From a virus (Duplodnaviria > Heunggongvirae > Uroviricota > Caudoviricetes), in IMG/VR virus record IMGVR_UViG_3300015177_000009, positions 1-40,085 of that record: a DNA stretch of 40,085 nucleotides; one strand, 5' to 3'. The notes beneath the pieces are model-generated. The model made no database searches, was not told the DNA's origin, and saw nothing but the letters and a program-made list of their open reading frames with translations. Below are positions 38,961 through 40,085 of this stretch, in pieces (the first letter of the stretch is position 1; every line of letters begins with the position of its first letter). The position numbers and the translations under genes were made by a program.

Positions 38961-40085
38961 ATGAAAATGACAAGTATTCAACAACGTGCAGAGCTTCATC
39001 GTCAAATCTGGCAAATTGCTAACGATGTCAGGGGTTCGGTCGATGGATGGGATTTTAAGCAATACGTTCTGGGCGCACTTTTCTACCGTTTTATCAGCGA
39101 AAATTTTTCCAGCTATATTGAAGCCGGTGATGACAGTATCTGTTATGCGAAACTGGATGACAGCGTAATTACTGATGATATTAAAGACGATGCCATCAAA
39201 ACTAAAGGCTACTTCATCTACCCCAGTCAGCTTTTCTGCAACGTAGCGGCGAAAGCAAATACCAATGACAGACTGAATGCAGATTTAAACAGCATCTTCG
39301 TTGCTATCGAAAGTTCTGCTTACGGTTATCCTTCAGAAGCAGACATCAAAGGTCTGTTTGCTGATTTCGATACCACCAGTAACCGCCTGGGTAACACCGT
39401 TAAGGATAAAAATGCCCGCCTGGCTGCGGTCCTGAAAGGGGTTGAAGGCTTAAAGCTTGGCGACTTTAACGAACATCAGATTGACCTGTTCGGCGATGCC
39501 TATGAGTTCCTGATTTCTAACTATGCGGCGAATGCTGGTAAGTCAGGCGGCGAGTTCTTTACACCGCAGCACGTCTCTAAGCTGATTGCACAACTGGCAA
39601 TGCACGGCCAGACCCACGTTAACAAAATCTACGACCCGGCAGCAGGTTCCGGTTCGCTGTTGTTGCAGGCTAAAAAACAGTTTGATGACCATATCATCGA
39701 AGAAGGTTTTTTTGGTCAGGAAATCAACCATACGACCTATAACCTGGCGCGTATGAACATGTTTTTGCACAACATCAACTACGACAAGTTTGATATCAAG
39801 TTGGGCAATACGCTGACTGAGCCGCACTTCAGAGATGAAAAACCGTTTGATGCCATCGTTTCTAACCCGCCGTATTCGGTGAAATGGATTGGCAGCGATG
39901 ACCCGACACTGATTAACGATGAGCGTTTTGCCCCGGCTGGCGTTCTGGCCCCCAAATCAAAAGCTGACTTCGCCTTTGTACTACATGCGCTGAACTATCT
40001 TTCTGCCAAAGGTCGTGCTGCGATTGTTTGCTTCCCGGGTATTTTTTACCGTGGCGGCGCGGAGCAGAAAATCCGTCAGTATCTG
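38961..40085 (+). CDS. hsdM: Type I restriction-modification DNA methyltransferase subunit HsdM (3' end lies outside the window)
   Basis: N6-adenine methyltransferase motifs [10 protein letters not shown] (motif I) and NPPYS (motif IV); N-terminus [25 protein letters not shown] is typical of the EcoR124-like (type IC) family as I recall it. Confidence 0.88.
   Translation, partial: MKMTSIQQRAELHRQIWQIANDVRGSVDGWDFKQYVLGALFYRFISENFSSYIEAGDDSICYAKLDDSVITDDIKDDAIKTKGYFIYPSQLFCNVAAKANTNDRLNADLNSIFVAIESSAYGYPSEADIKGLFADFDTTSNRLGNTVKDKNARLAAVLKGVEGLKLGDFNEHQIDLFGDAYEFLISNYAANAGKSGGEFFTPQHVSKLIAQLAMHGQTHVNKIYDPAAGSGSLLLQAKKQFDDHIIEEGFFGQEINHTTYNLARMNMFLHNINYDKFDIKLGNTLTEPHFRDEKPFDAIVSNPPYSVKWIGSDDPTLINDERFAPAGVLAPKSKADFAFVLHALNYLSAKGRAAIVCFPGIFYRGGAEQKIRQYL

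Overview
This window is a segment of a P1-family temperate phage-plasmid, read in the opposite orientation to the conventional P1 map. The call rests on a canonical 34-bp loxP site (30314-30347) beside an intact cre, the C1 repressor gene with several copies of the 17-bp C1 operator (ATTGCTCTAATAAATTT), a pac site of 3+4 TGATCA hexamers inside pacA, phd-doc, the Dar antirestriction genes (hdf-darA-ddrA-ddrB, ulx-darB), ssb, an endolysin with an N-terminal signal-arrest-release (SAR) anchor, portal and protease genes, and a Cin-type invertible tail-fibre segment. The backbone looks very close to P1, but several loci appear to carry different cargo, judged from my recollection of the P1 map and from GC content. 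(1) Where P1 has the type III res/mod genes there is an AT-rich gene for a RelA/SpoT-domain fused toxin-antitoxin (CapRel-like). (2) A second AT-rich single gene between ref and a backbone gene encodes a Cys-rich zinc-ribbon-like N-terminus joined to a DUF4145/HEPN-like C-terminus; this is my top candidate for an uncharacterised defence gene. (3) Where P1 has IS1 there is a HipA-family kinase with a fused N-terminal HTH (YjjJ/HipH-like). (4) Between c1 and pacB sits a small ORF translationally coupled to an antirepressor-like gene. (5) A type I restriction-modification methyltransferase gene (hsdM, truncated by the window end) lies beside phd-doc. No tRNA, CRISPR array or IS element was seen. 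All coordinates for short motifs were read by eye and may be off by 1-2 bp; all homology statements are from memory of protein families, not from searches.
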